From assembly GCA_964531525.1 (NCBI GenBank), contig CAZHDF010000006.1, positions 1 through 40,490 on the forward strand: a stretch of 40,490 nt of DNA. Direction: 5' to 3'. Below, one piece after another: positions 18,392-27,500 of this stretch. Source of the stretch: an uncultured Alphaproteobacteria bacterium. GTDB taxonomy: Bacteria; Pseudomonadota; Alphaproteobacteria; JAAXGF01. The translations under genes and the position numbers were made by a program. The notes beneath the pieces were generated by a model, which was not told the origin of the DNA, did not search any database, and worked only from the letters and a program-made list of their open reading frames with translations. Each line of letters starts with the position of its first letter. Positions within the stretch are counted from its first letter, which is position 1.

Positions 18392-18615
18392 TCACTCTGG
18401 TAGAAGGCTCATCTCAATGACTTCGATCGCGGGTTCGCCCATGAGGAGCGACACCCACTCCGCCGCCGCCTTCACAGGGTCGGCGGCGAGGTGGCGTAGC
18501 GGACGGAGGTCTGGACCTGGGTGTGGCCGAGGCGCTTTCCGATTATGGGCAGATGCTCGCCGAGTGCGACGGCCCCGGAGACGAAGGAACGACGCAGGTC
18601 GTGGATGCGCAGATC
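18392..18615 (-). pseudogene. Frameshifted C-terminal remnant of a second tyrosine integrase
   Basis: Manual translation gives DLRIHDLRRSFVSGAVALGEHLPIIGKRLGHTQVQTSVRYA, then after a 1-bp shift near 18492 (H)LAADPVKAAAEWVS...*. This includes the HxxR, LGH and catalytic Y motifs. Confidence 0.8.
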
Positions 18616-19846
18616 ACTGGGGAGATCTCGCGCGCAGCGGGATGATGTTGTCGCCTGACTTGGGGGTGCCTGACAGTGCCGAAGCGATGCGCCCCACCAC
18701 GTGGTCGGCTGCCGCCCGCAAAGGATCGGTGTGCTTCGAGACGTACCGTCCCGTCATGGCCAGCGTCTTGTGGCCCAAGAGGTCGCGGACCATGAAGGCA
18801 TTAAGGCCGGCCTGGCCGGCGTAGGTGCCGACGGTGTGCCGCAGATCGTGCATGCGCGCGCCTTCGAGCTTCGCACGGCTGCGGACGCGCCGCCATGCGC
18901 GATTGACCTGTTCATAGGTCATCGGGCGACCAGTCGCCTCGTCGATCCATACCGGGCCTTCCGGCGCCCGCGTGGGCACGGACGCCAACAGAGCCAACGC
19001 CGGGGTGGCAAGCGGCACGGTGCGCGCGCCGGCCTTGGCGTCCGGCAAGCGGATCACGCCGCGATCGAGATCGATGTACTCCCAACGGAGATTGAGGATT
19101 TCCGAACACCGGCAGCCGGTGAAGGCGAGCATCTTGATGATCAGGATGGCGGCGGGGCGCTCGATGCCCTCTCGCTCCATCTCGGTCAGAACCTCGCCGA
19201 GGCGCGAGAGCTCCTCGTCGATCAGGAACCGCTCGCGCTTGCTCTCGCGGTTGCGCTTGATGTGCCGGCAGGGGTTGGAGCCGTCGGGGCGCAGTCCCCA
19301 CAGCTCGGCAAGGTTGAACATCTTGCTCAAGGCCGCGACGACCCTGTTGGCCTCGTAGGGCGCCGCCCGCATGCGCGAATGCAGATTGGCGATGTCGGCG
19401 CGGGTCACGGACTCGATGGGCCTCTGCCCAAGCGCCGGCTTGATCTTGGTTTCGACCATGCGGTGGACCTGGGCCCGCGTGCTCGGCTTGTTGTGGACGT
19501 CGACGTGCTCGGCCAAGTACCGATCGCACAAGTCGGCGATCGTCACCGCGTCACGATTAGCGCGCCTTTGCTCGGCCGGGTCTTCGCCACGTTCGATGGC
19601 GGCGAGCATTTGCCGGGCCATGCGCCGCGCTTCTTCGGGCGTCAGCACCCCATGGCGTCCGAGCGTGATCTTGCGCGGCCGTCTCTGGGCGTTGCGGTAT
19701 TGGACGACATACGCCTTGACGCCGCTCGGCTTGACGCGGAGCCCGAAACCAGGGAGCTCCTTATCCCAGATCCAGCGCTCGCATCCGCCCTCCGCGGTCA
19801 GGGTCTCGACGAGCCGTTTTGTGAGTTTCACCTTTCTCTGTGCCAT
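18614..19846 (-). CDS. int: Tyrosine recombinase/phage integrase with N-terminal arm-binding domain
   Basis: WDKELPGFGLRV..SGVK arm domain; TGCRCSEI (R), DAKAG (K), HDLRH, LLGH..LAMTGRY. Start re-placed at ATG 19846. Confidence 0.93.
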   Translation of the reverse strand: MAQRKVKLTKRLVETLTAEGGCERWIWDKELPGFGLRVKPSGVKAYVVQYRNAQRRPRKITLGRHGVLTPEEARRMARQMLAAIERGEDPAEQRRANRDAVTIADLCDRYLAEHVDVHNKPSTRAQVHRMVETKIKPALGQRPIESVTRADIANLHSRMRAAPYEANRVVAALSKMFNLAELWGLRPDGSNPCRHIKRNRESKRERFLIDEELSRLGEVLTEMEREGIERPAAILIIKMLAFTGCRCSEILNLRWEYIDLDRGVIRLPDAKAGARTVPLATPALALLASVPTRAPEGPVWIDEATGRPMTYEQVNRAWRRVRSRAKLEGARMHDLRHTVGTYAGQAGLNAFMVRDLLGHKTLAMTGRYVSKHTDPLRAAADHVVGRIASALSGTPKSGDNIIPLRARSPQ

Positions 19847-19871
19847 CACCCTTCTCCGGTTCCCCCGCTCC

Positions 19872-19893
19872 CCGGGGGAGCACCGGGGGAGCA
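19872..19893 (+). repeat. Tandem 11-bp direct repeat CCGGGGGAGCA x2; possible integrase arm-type binding sites
   Basis: Exact tandem copies between the integrase start and the att core. Confidence 0.4.
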
Positions 19894-20023
19894 AGAGGGA
19901 AGGAAACGCTACGGGAGAGAGTGTGCCCAAGAGAAGGACGCAAGTCCAGAAAATACAATAGAAACAGCGCGTTATCGTAATTCTGCGGAGTGTCTCGAAA
20001 CCCCGCGAAACGGCCCCCTATTT

Positions 20024-20079
20024 ACTCAAAATCTGTTGTCCGCAAGGACGTGCCTGTTCGAGTCAGGCCAGGGGCACCA
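20024..20079 (+). tRNA. 3' half of tRNA-Leu(CAA), partial; island att site
   Basis: Anticodon loop CTCAAAA, 3' anticodon strand TCTGT, variable arm GTCC-GCAA-GGAC, T arm GCCTG-TTCGAGT-CAGGC, acceptor strand CAGGGGC-A-CCA. No 5' half or D-arm upstream. Confidence 0.9.
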
Positions 20080-20141
20080 GGCTTTTCGGAGTGGGATCTC
20101 CGCCCCCGCTTCTCTCGTCGGCCCCCCCTTGAGCCGGGTCG

Positions 20142-20453
20142 CTATTTCCGGACGCACCGGTCTTTGGCACGAGCCTCGACGCTCGCCAGATCCCGAAGGA
20201 TCCGTGGGTTTTCCGCTATCACCTCCAAGAGCTTCTTATCGTAGCCTCTTTGATCGCCGATGAGCTGGAGGTACTCGGCCTCGATAAACTTGTGGCCGAG
20301 AAATTCCTCTTGAAGTTCCAGAACGCAACGACATGTCTTTTCGTCGTTGCCGCGTTCCACGCATCTCTTGATCAGGGCCTCGGTCTCTTGACTCTTCGAC
20401 CCCATCAGTAGGGCGCTTGCGACAAGCAAGAGAAGACAACGACGGACCCGCAT
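20142..20453 (-). CDS. Hypothetical exported protein
   Basis: Basic N-terminus plus hydrophobic stretch (MRVRRCLLLLVASALLMG); four further Cys; G-rich RBS; start re-placed at ATG 20453. Confidence 0.6.
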   Translation of the reverse strand: MRVRRCLLLLVASALLMGSKSQETEALIKRCVERGNDEKTCRCVLELQEEFLGHKFIEAEYLQLIGDQRGYDKKLLEVIAENPRILRDLASVEARAKDRCVRK

Positions 20454-20576
20454 GAGTCGTCCCCCGACACGTTCGTTGAATGGCGATATCATAAGATAAT
20501 TCGCCCGAAGATGGTTTGCGCATCCGGCAAACCCGGAATCGCGGGATGATCCGAGACGGGGATTGCGAAGGACGGC

Positions 20577-20596
20577 GGCGGCCCTTCGGGGCCGCC
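20577..20596. terminator. GC-rich hairpin GGCGGCCC-TTCG-GGGCCGCC downstream of wrbA
   Basis: Perfect 8-bp stem with a tetraloop; no clear U-tract. Confidence 0.55.
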
Positions 20597-20631
20597 ACTT
20601 ATTCCCTTGGCCGCACTCCCGTCGCCCCCGA

Positions 20632-21240
20632 TCAGCCCCCCTTGAGCCGCGATGCGATCTCGGCGACGTGGCGGCCCTGGAAGCGGGCGATGGCGCGCTC
20701 GATCTCGCTCACCGCGCGCGAGCCGTCGGCGCTCGCCAGCGTCGAGGCGCCGTAAGGGGTGCCGCCCGCGACCTGGTCCATGGTCATCAGCTCGGGACAG
20801 GTGTAGGGCACGCCCACGACCACCATGCCGTGGTGGAACAGCGTGGTGTGGAACGAGGTGATCGACGTCTCCTGGCCGCCGTGCTGGCCGCCGGTCGAGA
20901 CAAACACGCTGCCCACCTTGCCGACCAGCGCGCCCTTCTGCCAGAGCCCTCCGGTCTGGTCGAGGAAGTTGCGCATTTGCGCCGCCATGTTGCCGAACCG
21001 GGTCGGCGTGCCGAACAGGATGGCGTCGTAATCGCCGAGCTCGCCGGGCTCGGCCAGCGGCGCGGGCTGATCCGTCTTGGCGTGAATCGCCGCCAGCGTT
21101 TCGGCCGGCATCAGCTCGGGCACGCGCTTGACCGCGACCTCGGCGCCGGAGATCTCGCGGGCGCCCTCGGCCACCGCGTCGGCCATGGTCTCGACATGGC
21201 CCCAGGTGCTGTAATAGAGAACGAGAATCCTGGTCGACAT
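20632..21240 (-). CDS. wrbA: NAD(P)H:quinone oxidoreductase WrbA
   Basis: [43 protein letters not shown]; start at ATG 21240 after a AAGGAG RBS. Confidence 0.95.
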   Translation of the reverse strand: MSTRILVLYYSTWGHVETMADAVAEGAREISGAEVAVKRVPELMPAETLAAIHAKTDQPAPLAEPGELGDYDAILFGTPTRFGNMAAQMRNFLDQTGGLWQKGALVGKVGSVFVSTGGQHGGQETSITSFHTTLFHHGMVVVGVPYTCPELMTMDQVAGGTPYGASTLASADGSRAVSEIERAIARFQGRHVAEIASRLKGG

Positions 21241-21277
21241 GGACAACTCCTTGAATGCGAAGGGATGGGGCGGCGCG

Positions 21278-21709
21278 TCAGGCGCGCTCGCCCTCGGTTT
21301 CGGCCGCGCGCGCGCCGGGAAGGCGAAGCGCATAGGCTCCGTCGCCCAGCAGGCCCTGAACCAGCGACGCGAGGACGAGGAAGATCGGGTACTCCCAGCC
21401 GCCGCCCTGGGACGAAAACAGCCAGCCGTTCGACCAATGCACGAAGAAGGCCGCGCCCAGGAGCACCGGGATCAACGCCAGCGCGACCCAGCGAGCGTAC
21501 AGCCCGAGGATCAGCAGAACGCCGCCGCCGAGCTCGGCCGCCGTGACCAGATAGGCGGTCCAGCCCGGCAGGCCGACGGATTCGAAGAACTGCACGGACC
21601 CCGGCATGGTGAACACCAGGATCTTCAGCAGCGCGTGCGCGATGAACATCACGCCGAGGCCGAGGCGGAGAAGAAGCGCCGCGATGGGCGCGGTGCGCGA
21701 ATCGATCAT
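21278..21709 (-). CDS. DoxX-family membrane protein
   Basis: [35 protein letters not shown]; four TM segments. Confidence 0.9.
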   Translation of the reverse strand: MIDSRTAPIAALLLRLGLGVMFIAHALLKILVFTMPGSVQFFESVGLPGWTAYLVTAAELGGGVLLILGLYARWVALALIPVLLGAAFFVHWSNGWLFSSQGGGWEYPIFLVLASLVQGLLGDGAYALRLPGARAAETEGERA

Positions 21710-21825
21710 GCCGGGTTACCTCGCTTTTCGTTGCTTCCGGAAAGGACGCGGCCGGACGGTTCAACGCGGGTCTCGGCCCGCCGCCGCCGTTCTCCGGCGC
21801 CCTTGAAGTTACATAACGAAACCTC

Positions 21826-21857
21826 TTACAAATGAAAAGTAGGTACTTTCGAGTAAC
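21826..21857. promoter_or_regulatory. Putative HxlR-family operator in the doxX/hxlR divergent promoter
   Basis: AT-rich dyad TTAC...AAAGTA-GG-TACTTT...GTAA between the divergent genes. Confidence 0.5.
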
Positions 21858-21902
21858 CAGTTGGGCTATTCTGCCGCGAGACCAAGCATGAGGAGAGCCG
21901 CC

Positions 21903-22343
21903 ATGTCTCCACTCGACCCGGCCCGCGCCGGCCCAGCCTCCGCCGACCCGGCGCCCGCGGTCCCGCCGCATCTGCCCGAAAGCACCATCGGCTGTCCGAT
22001 GGATTCGCTGCTGCGCCTCTTGATGGGGCCCTGGACGACCTATCTTCTCTGGGTGCTCCGCTGCCACGGACCGCTACGCTTCGGCGCGCTCAAGCGGAAG
22101 GTGCCGGGCATCTCGTCCAAGGTGCTGACCGAGCGGCTGCGCATGCTGGAACGCGCGGGCGTTATCTACCGCGACCACAAGCCGACCATCCCGCCCCAGG
22201 TGAGCTATGGGCTGACCGCGCGGGGCGAGGACCTCGGCGGGGTGCTCAACGCGCTCGACGAGATCGCCCAACGCTGGCGGTCCGAGGAAGAGGCGGCGGC
22301 CCGGGCGGAAGACGCCCGGCCGCGCCGCGCCTCCGGTGGCTGA
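21903..22343 (+). CDS. HxlR-family (winged HTH) transcriptional regulator
   Basis: GCPMD..LRLLMGPWT, LRFGALKR, ISSKVLTERLR, PPQVSYGLT; start ATG 21903 after GAGGAG. Confidence 0.9.
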   Translation: MSPLDPARAGPASADPAPAVPPHLPESTIGCPMDSLLRLLMGPWTTYLLWVLRCHGPLRFGALKRKVPGISSKVLTERLRMLERAGVIYRDHKPTIPPQVSYGLTARGEDLGGVLNALDEIAQRWRSEEEAAARAEDARPRRASGG

Positions 22344-23823
22344 GGCCGCGGCCCCGGCGGGGGGCTACGACCTCGTCATTCGCAACGGCCGGGTGATCGA
22401 CGGCACGGGCGCGCCCGCCCGCCTGGCCGACGTCGCGGTCGCGGACGGACGCATCGCGGCGGTGGGCGATCTCGCCCAGGCCCGCGCCGGGCGCGCGATC
22501 GACGCGCGCGACCGCGTCGTCGCCCCCGGCTTCATCGACGCCCATACCCACGACGACGGCGCGCTGCTCGCCACGCCCGAGATGACCGCCAAGGTCAGCC
22601 AGGGCGTGACCACGGTGATCGCCGGCAACTGCGGGGTGAGCCTCGCGCCCCTCGACCTCGCCGCGCGGGGGCTCGACGGCCCGCCGCCGCCGCTCGATCT
22701 CCTGGGCGAGACCGGGCTGTTCCGGTTTCCCGATTTCGCGGGCTATCTCGACGTGCTCGACGGCGCGCCGGCGGCGGTCAACGCGGCGTTCCTGGTCGGT
22801 CATTCGACGCTTCGCCTGGGCGCGATGGCGCGGCTCGACCGGGCGGCGGACGAGGGCGAGATCGCGACCATGCGCGCGATGCTCGACGCGGCGCTCGAGG
22901 CCGGCGCGCTCGGCCTTTCCAGCGGGCTGTTCTACGCGCCCGCGAAGGCCGCGCCGACCGACGAGGTGATCGCGCTCGCCTCGGGCATGAAAGGTTCGGC
23001 GGGCGCGATCTACGCCACCCATATGCGCGACGAGGCCGACCATGTGATTCCGGCGCTCGACGAAGCCTTCGCCATCGGCCGCGCGGCCGGCGTGCCGGTG
23101 GTGATCTCGCATCACAAGGTCCTGGGCGTCGAGAACTTCGGCCGCACGCGCGAGACCCTGCCCTTGATCGAGCGCGCCGCGCGCGCCCAGACCGTGGGCC
23201 TCGACGTCTATCCCTATATCGCGTCCTCGACCGTGCTCAACGCCGACAGCGTGGGCCAGGCCGCGCGCACGGTCATCACCTGGTCGCGCGCGCATCCCGA
23301 GTTCGCGGGCCGCGACCTCGACGCGGCGGCGGCGGCGCTCGGGTGTTCGCGCGACGAGGCGATCGACCGGCTCCAGCCCGCGGGCGCGGTCTATTTCGCG
23401 ATGGACGAGGACGACGTGCGTCGGGTGCTGTCGTGCCCCCGCGCCATGATCGGCTCCGATGGCCTGCCGTTCGACGAGCGCCCGCACCCGCGCCTCTGGG
23501 GCACGTTCCCCCGGGTGCTCGGCCATTACGCGCGCGAGGTCGGGCTGTTTTCGCTCGAAGAGGCGGTGCGCCGCATGACCGGCCTGCCGGCGGCGACCTT
23601 CGGGCTTTCGGGACGCGGCGTGATTGCCCCCGGCGCGGCGGCCGATCTCGTGGTGTTCGACGCCGAGACCGTAATCGACCGCGCGAGCTTCGAGGAGCCC
23701 GCCCGCGCCGCCGCCGGAATCGAGGTGGTGATCGTCAACGGAACGCCCGTCTGGCGCGACGGCGCCACCACCGGCGCGCGCCCCGGCCGCGTCCTCCGCC
23801 GCGGCGCCGAGGGCGTGGCTTAG
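22336..23823 (+). CDS. N-acyl-D-amino-acid deacylase (D-aminoacylase)
   Basis: PGFIDAHTHDD, QGVTTVIAGNCG, YATHMRDE, ISHHK, IGSDG, HPRLWGTFPRVLG. Confidence 0.92.
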   Translation: MAEAAAPAGGYDLVIRNGRVIDGTGAPARLADVAVADGRIAAVGDLAQARAGRAIDARDRVVAPGFIDAHTHDDGALLATPEMTAKVSQGVTTVIAGNCGVSLAPLDLAARGLDGPPPPLDLLGETGLFRFPDFAGYLDVLDGAPAAVNAAFLVGHSTLRLGAMARLDRAADEGEIATMRAMLDAALEAGALGLSSGLFYAPAKAAPTDEVIALASGMKGSAGAIYATHMRDEADHVIPALDEAFAIGRAAGVPVVISHHKVLGVENFGRTRETLPLIERAARAQTVGLDVYPYIASSTVLNADSVGQAARTVITWSRAHPEFAGRDLDAAAAALGCSRDEAIDRLQPAGAVYFAMDEDDVRRVLSCPRAMIGSDGLPFDERPHPRLWGTFPRVLGHYAREVGLFSLEEAVRRMTGLPAATFGLSGRGVIAPGAAADLVVFDAETVIDRASFEEPARAAAGIEVVIVNGTPVWRDGATTGARPGRVLRRGAEGVA

Positions 23824-25514
23824 CGGCCCTTCCCGGCCTTCGCGAGCGCCGCGTCGCGAATCGCCGAAAGCGTCGTGCGCGTGGTGATTGCTTCCGGCTC
23901 AATGCGCAGCTCGATCACCGCGATTCGCCCGGCGGCGCGCGCGCGCTCGAAGGCGGGGGCGAATTCGGCGGTCTCGGCCACGGTCTCGCCATGGGCGCCG
24001 AAGGCGCGGGCCCAGGCCGCGAAGTCCGGGTTGACGAGATCGGTCGCGATCACCCGGCCCGGGTAGTTGCGCTCCTGGTGCATGCGGATGGTGCCGTACA
24101 TGCCGTTGTTGACCACCAGGACGATGGGCGCGATGTCGTGGCGCAGCGCGGTCGCGATCTCCTGGCCGGTCATCATCATGCCGCCGTCGCCGACTAGCGC
24201 GATCACCGGCCGGTCGGGCGCGGCGGCCTTGGCGGCGATCGCCGCGGGCACGCCGTAGCCCATGGCCCCGCAGGTCGGTCCCAACTGGCTGCGGAAGCGC
24301 GTGTAGCGATAGAAGCGGTGCCCCCAGCCGGCGAAGTTGCCGGCGTCGGTGGCGATGATCGCCGCGCCGTCGGTCATGTCCCGCACGGTTTGAACGACAC
24401 GCGCGAGATCGAGCGCGCCGGGCATGGGCCGGGGCTCGATCCAGGCGAGGTAGTCGGCCCGCGCGGCCGCGCGCCAGTCCTCCCAGGGCGGGGCCTCGAT
24501 GGGCGCGAGCGCGCGCGCGGCGGCGGCGAACGCGCCCGGACCGGCGCAGATCGCGAGATCGGGCCGATAGACCCGGCCGAGCTCGTTCGGGTCGGGATGG
24601 ACGTGGATCAGCGCGACCTCGGGGTCGGGCGGCGCGGGCAGGGTATAGCCCTGGGTGGTCATCTCGCCGAGACGCGCGCCGACGGCGAGCAGAAGATCGG
24701 CCTCCTCGATGCGCGCCGCGAGCGCCGGGTTGATGCCGAGCCCGACGTCGCCCGCCCAGCAGTCGCGGTCGTTGTCGAACAGGTCCTGGCAGCGGAACGC
24801 GGCGCCCACCGGCAGCCGGTTGGCCTCGACGAAGGCCTGCGCGTCCGCGACCGCCTCGGCGCTCCAGCCGCCGCCGCCGAGGAGGACGAACGGGCGCTTC
24901 GCGCGTTCCAGACGCGCGCGCAGATCCGCCATCGCCGCCGCGCCCGGATGGGGGCGCACCACCGTGTGCGGGCGGGTATCGGCGACGCTTGCGGTCTCGC
25001 GCAGCATGTCGGCGGGCAGGCCGAGAACCACCGGCCCCGGCCGCCCGGCGAGCGCGGTATGAAAGGCGTGGCTCAGCATTTCGGGAATCCGCGCGGGGTC
25101 GTCGATCTGGGCGGCCCATTTGGCGTCGCCCGCGAACATTTGCGCAACGTCGATCTCCTGGAACGCCTCGCGGCCCAGCATGCCGCGATCGACCTGGCCG
25201 ACGAGCAGGATCATGGGCGTCGAATCCTGGGCCGCCGTATGCACGCCGATCGAGGCGTTGCACGCCCCCGGCCCCCGGGTGACGAAGCAGATCCCGGGCC
25301 GGCCCGTGAGCTTGCCATGGGCCTCGGCCATGAAGGCGGCGCCGCTCTCCTGGCGGCAGACGATCAGCCGGATCGCCTCGCGCGCGCCGTAGAACGCATC
25401 CAGCACCGCGAGATAGCTCTCGCCCGGCACGCAGAACGCGGTGTCGACCCCGTGTCCGCGCAGGGCATCGACCAGGATCTCGCCGCCCGTGCGCGGCTTC
25501 GGCGCAGTGGTCAT
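23820..25514 (-). CDS. Thiamine pyrophosphate-binding enzyme (acetolactate synthase large subunit-like)
   Basis: FCVPGESYL, VTRGPGACN, GREAFQE, GDGG...NNGMYGTIRMHQ TPP motif; start re-placed at ATG 25514. Confidence 0.9.
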   Translation of the reverse strand: MTTAPKPRTGGEILVDALRGHGVDTAFCVPGESYLAVLDAFYGAREAIRLIVCRQESGAAFMAEAHGKLTGRPGICFVTRGPGACNASIGVHTAAQDSTPMILLVGQVDRGMLGREAFQEIDVAQMFAGDAKWAAQIDDPARIPEMLSHAFHTALAGRPGPVVLGLPADMLRETASVADTRPHTVVRPHPGAAAMADLRARLERAKRPFVLLGGGGWSAEAVADAQAFVEANRLPVGAAFRCQDLFDNDRDCWAGDVGLGINPALAARIEEADLLLAVGARLGEMTTQGYTLPAPPDPEVALIHVHPDPNELGRVYRPDLAICAGPGAFAAAARALAPIEAPPWEDWRAAARADYLAWIEPRPMPGALDLARVVQTVRDMTDGAAIIATDAGNFAGWGHRFYRYTRFRSQLGPTCGAMGYGVPAAIAAKAAAPDRPVIALVGDGGMMMTGQEIATALRHDIAPIVLVVNNGMYGTIRMHQERNYPGRVIATDLVNPDFAAWARAFGAHGETVAETAEFAPAFERARAAGRIAVIELRIEPEAITTRTTLSAIRDAALAKAGKGR

Positions 25515-25637
25515 CTTCCGCATCCTCCCTCGGATTGGCCGTCGCGGCGGAACGCCGCAGCCCTTCATAGCGCCGCCCGGGGGCGCGCGCTAGACTGACG
25601 TCGGAGAATTTTCGTCCCCAGGCCGGGGGAGGGGCCG

Positions 25638-26843
25638 ATGGACCTGTCGCTGCCCGAGGAATGCGTGCAATTGCGCGACATGGTCGCCCGCTTCGTCGCG
25701 GCCGAGATCGCGCCGGCCATCGCGGACTACGAGCGGCGCGGGGTCTTTCCCCGTCCGATCATCGAGAAGATGGGCGCCGCCGGGCTGTTCGGCGCGCCGT
25801 TTCCCGAGGCGCTTGGCGGTAGCGCCATGGGCTTTCTCGCCGTCGCGGTGATCGCCGAGGAGCTTTCGCGCCTCGCGCCCGAGTTCGGCTACGCCATGAA
25901 CATGCAGTGCATGACCTGTCCGTTCACGATCTTCAACTGGGGGAGCGAGGCGCAGATCGAGCGCTTCGTGCCCGATCTGATCGCCGGGCGGCGGATCGGC
26001 ATGTTCGCGCTGACCGAGCCCGGCGGCGGCTCGGACGCGGCGGGCTCGATGCGGACCCTTGCGCGGCGCGAGGGCGACGTCTATCGCCTCGACGGGTCGA
26101 AGCAGTGGATCACCTTCGCCAACGTCTGCGACGCGGGGCTCCTGTTCGCCAAGACCGACACGGGCGCCGGGCACCGGGGAATCACCGCCTTCATCGTCGA
26201 GCCCGGAAGCGGCCCGGGGTTTGCCGCCGATCCGATCGCGCTCGCCGGGCTTTCGAACGCGCTTCGAAGCTGCGCCGTCTTCCTCGACGGCTTCGCGGTG
26301 CCGGTCGAGAACCGCCTGGGCGCCGAGGGCGAGGGATTCAAGATCGCCATGAACGCGCTCGAGTACGGCCGGCTCACGGTCTCGGCGCGGCTCGTCGGGC
26401 TCGCCCAGGCGGCGCTCGATCTCGCGACCGCGTATGCCCGCGAGCGCGTCGTCGGCGGCCGGCCGATCGCGCGCTACCAGATGATCCAGCATCTGGTCGC
26501 CGACGTGGCGGTCGGCGTCGAGGCCGCGCGGCTCATGGTCCGGCGCGCCGCCTGGACCATGGACCGGGGCGCGCGCGCGACGCGGGCCTCGGCCCAGGCC
26601 AAGTACTTCGCGGGCACCGTCGCCAAGGAGGCGGCCCGGGCGGCGGCCGAGATCCACGCGGCCTACGCGCTCGCCGAAGACTCGCCGGTCGCCAAGATCG
26701 CGGCCTACGTCAACATGCTCGCCATCGGCGAAGGCACGCCCAACGTTCAGCGCATCCTGATCGGCGAGGACGCGCTGGGTCTGCGCGACGCCAACCGCCA
26801 TCCGGTGCGCAATCGCGCCGCGCGGCCGGAGGACGGGACATGA
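25638..26843 (+). CDS. Acyl-CoA dehydrogenase family protein
   Basis: FALTEPGGGSDA, GSKQWIT, GAEGEGFKIAM, IGEGTPNVQR. Confidence 0.92.
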   Translation: MDLSLPEECVQLRDMVARFVAAEIAPAIADYERRGVFPRPIIEKMGAAGLFGAPFPEALGGSAMGFLAVAVIAEELSRLAPEFGYAMNMQCMTCPFTIFNWGSEAQIERFVPDLIAGRRIGMFALTEPGGGSDAAGSMRTLARREGDVYRLDGSKQWITFANVCDAGLLFAKTDTGAGHRGITAFIVEPGSGPGFAADPIALAGLSNALRSCAVFLDGFAVPVENRLGAEGEGFKIAMNALEYGRLTVSARLVGLAQAALDLATAYARERVVGGRPIARYQMIQHLVADVAVGVEAARLMVRRAAWTMDRGARATRASAQAKYFAGTVAKEAARAAAEIHAAYALAEDSPVAKIAAYVNMLAIGEGTPNVQRILIGEDALGLRDANRHPVRNRAARPEDGT

Positions 26844-27337
26844 GCGGGCTCGTTATCCGCCGCGCCGAGGCGGGCGACGCGGCGACGCTCGCGCGGCTGA
26901 TCGCGGCGCTCCTCGACCGGCACGGGATCGCCGCGCCCGCGGGCCTCGAAGCGGCGCTCGCGCGCGACGGCTTTGGCCCCCGTCCCCGCTTCGAGGCCCT
27001 TCTCGCCGAGCGCGCCGGCGCGGCGGTCGGCATGGCGCTTTACTATCCCGCCTGGCGGCCGAGCCTCGCCGCCCCCGGCCTGGTGATGGAGGACCTCTAT
27101 GTCGCGCCCGAGGCTCGGCGCGGCGGCGTGGGCCGCGCGCTGTTCGCGGCGCTCGCGGCGCGCGCCCGGGCGCGCGGCTGCGCCTACGTCGAATGGACGG
27201 TCGAGGCCGGGAACGAAACCGCGCGCGCCTTCTACGAGGCCACGGGCGCGCGGCCGCGCGCGGGCAAGGTGAGCTATCAGATCGACGGCGCCGCGCTCGC
27301 GGCGCTCGCCGCCGAGGCGCCCGACCCGCCGGGTTGA
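26840..27337 (+). CDS. GNAT-family N-acetyltransferase
   Basis: ATGA overlap with the upstream stop; MEDLYVAPEARRGGVGRALF, N..ARAFYEATGA. Confidence 0.88.
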   Translation: MSGLVIRRAEAGDAATLARLIAALLDRHGIAAPAGLEAALARDGFGPRPRFEALLAERAGAAVGMALYYPAWRPSLAAPGLVMEDLYVAPEARRGGVGRALFAALAARARARGCAYVEWTVEAGNETARAFYEATGARPRAGKVSYQIDGAALAALAAEAPDPPG

Positions 27338-27339
27338 GC

Positions 27340-27375
27340 CCAACGAGCCCATGAACCCGTTCATGGGCTCGTTGG
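27340..27375. terminator. Long perfect hairpin between convergent genes
   Basis: CCAACGAGCCCATGAAC-CC-GTTCATGGGCTCGTTGG, a 17-bp perfect inverted repeat. Confidence 0.6.
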
Positions 27376-27384
27376 CAAGCGCGA

Positions 27385-27441
27385 CCGCGCGCCCGAGCTT
27401 ATGCGAGGAAGCCTGCGTGGCGTTTGAACGCCCGACGGGCC
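27385..27441 (+). repeat. Dispersed ~57-bp intergenic repeat, copy 1
   Basis: Aligns with 30791-30847 with a few substitutions and two 1-bp indels. Confidence 0.75.
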
Positions 27442-27500
27442 AAAGGCCCGGCGGAAACGAAAACTCGTGAGCGCGCGCCCGAGCCCGTCGAGGGACGCAC

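Larger units (their letters stand above)
1..20079. mobile_element. Right part of an integrative genomic island (defence island) inserted at tRNA-Leu(CAA); left end is outside the window
   Basis: Tyrosine integrase adjacent to a tRNA 3'-half fragment; defence cargo; visibly lower GC and different codon usage than the chromosome after ~20600. Confidence 0.85.

Noticed and set aside
16878-18394. Integron attC site as the IS target
   Set aside because: The hairpin lacks RYYYAAC/GTTRRRY ends, and the nearby integrase has an arm-binding domain rather than IntI features.
20024-20079. Intact functional tRNA gene
   Set aside because: The 5' acceptor strand, D-arm and 5' anticodon strand are absent upstream.
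18701-20263. 520-aa + strand ORF and similar antisense ORFs over the integrase, AbiEii and TPP genes
   Set aside because: They are antisense to well-supported genes, have no motifs, and this one runs through the tRNA fragment.
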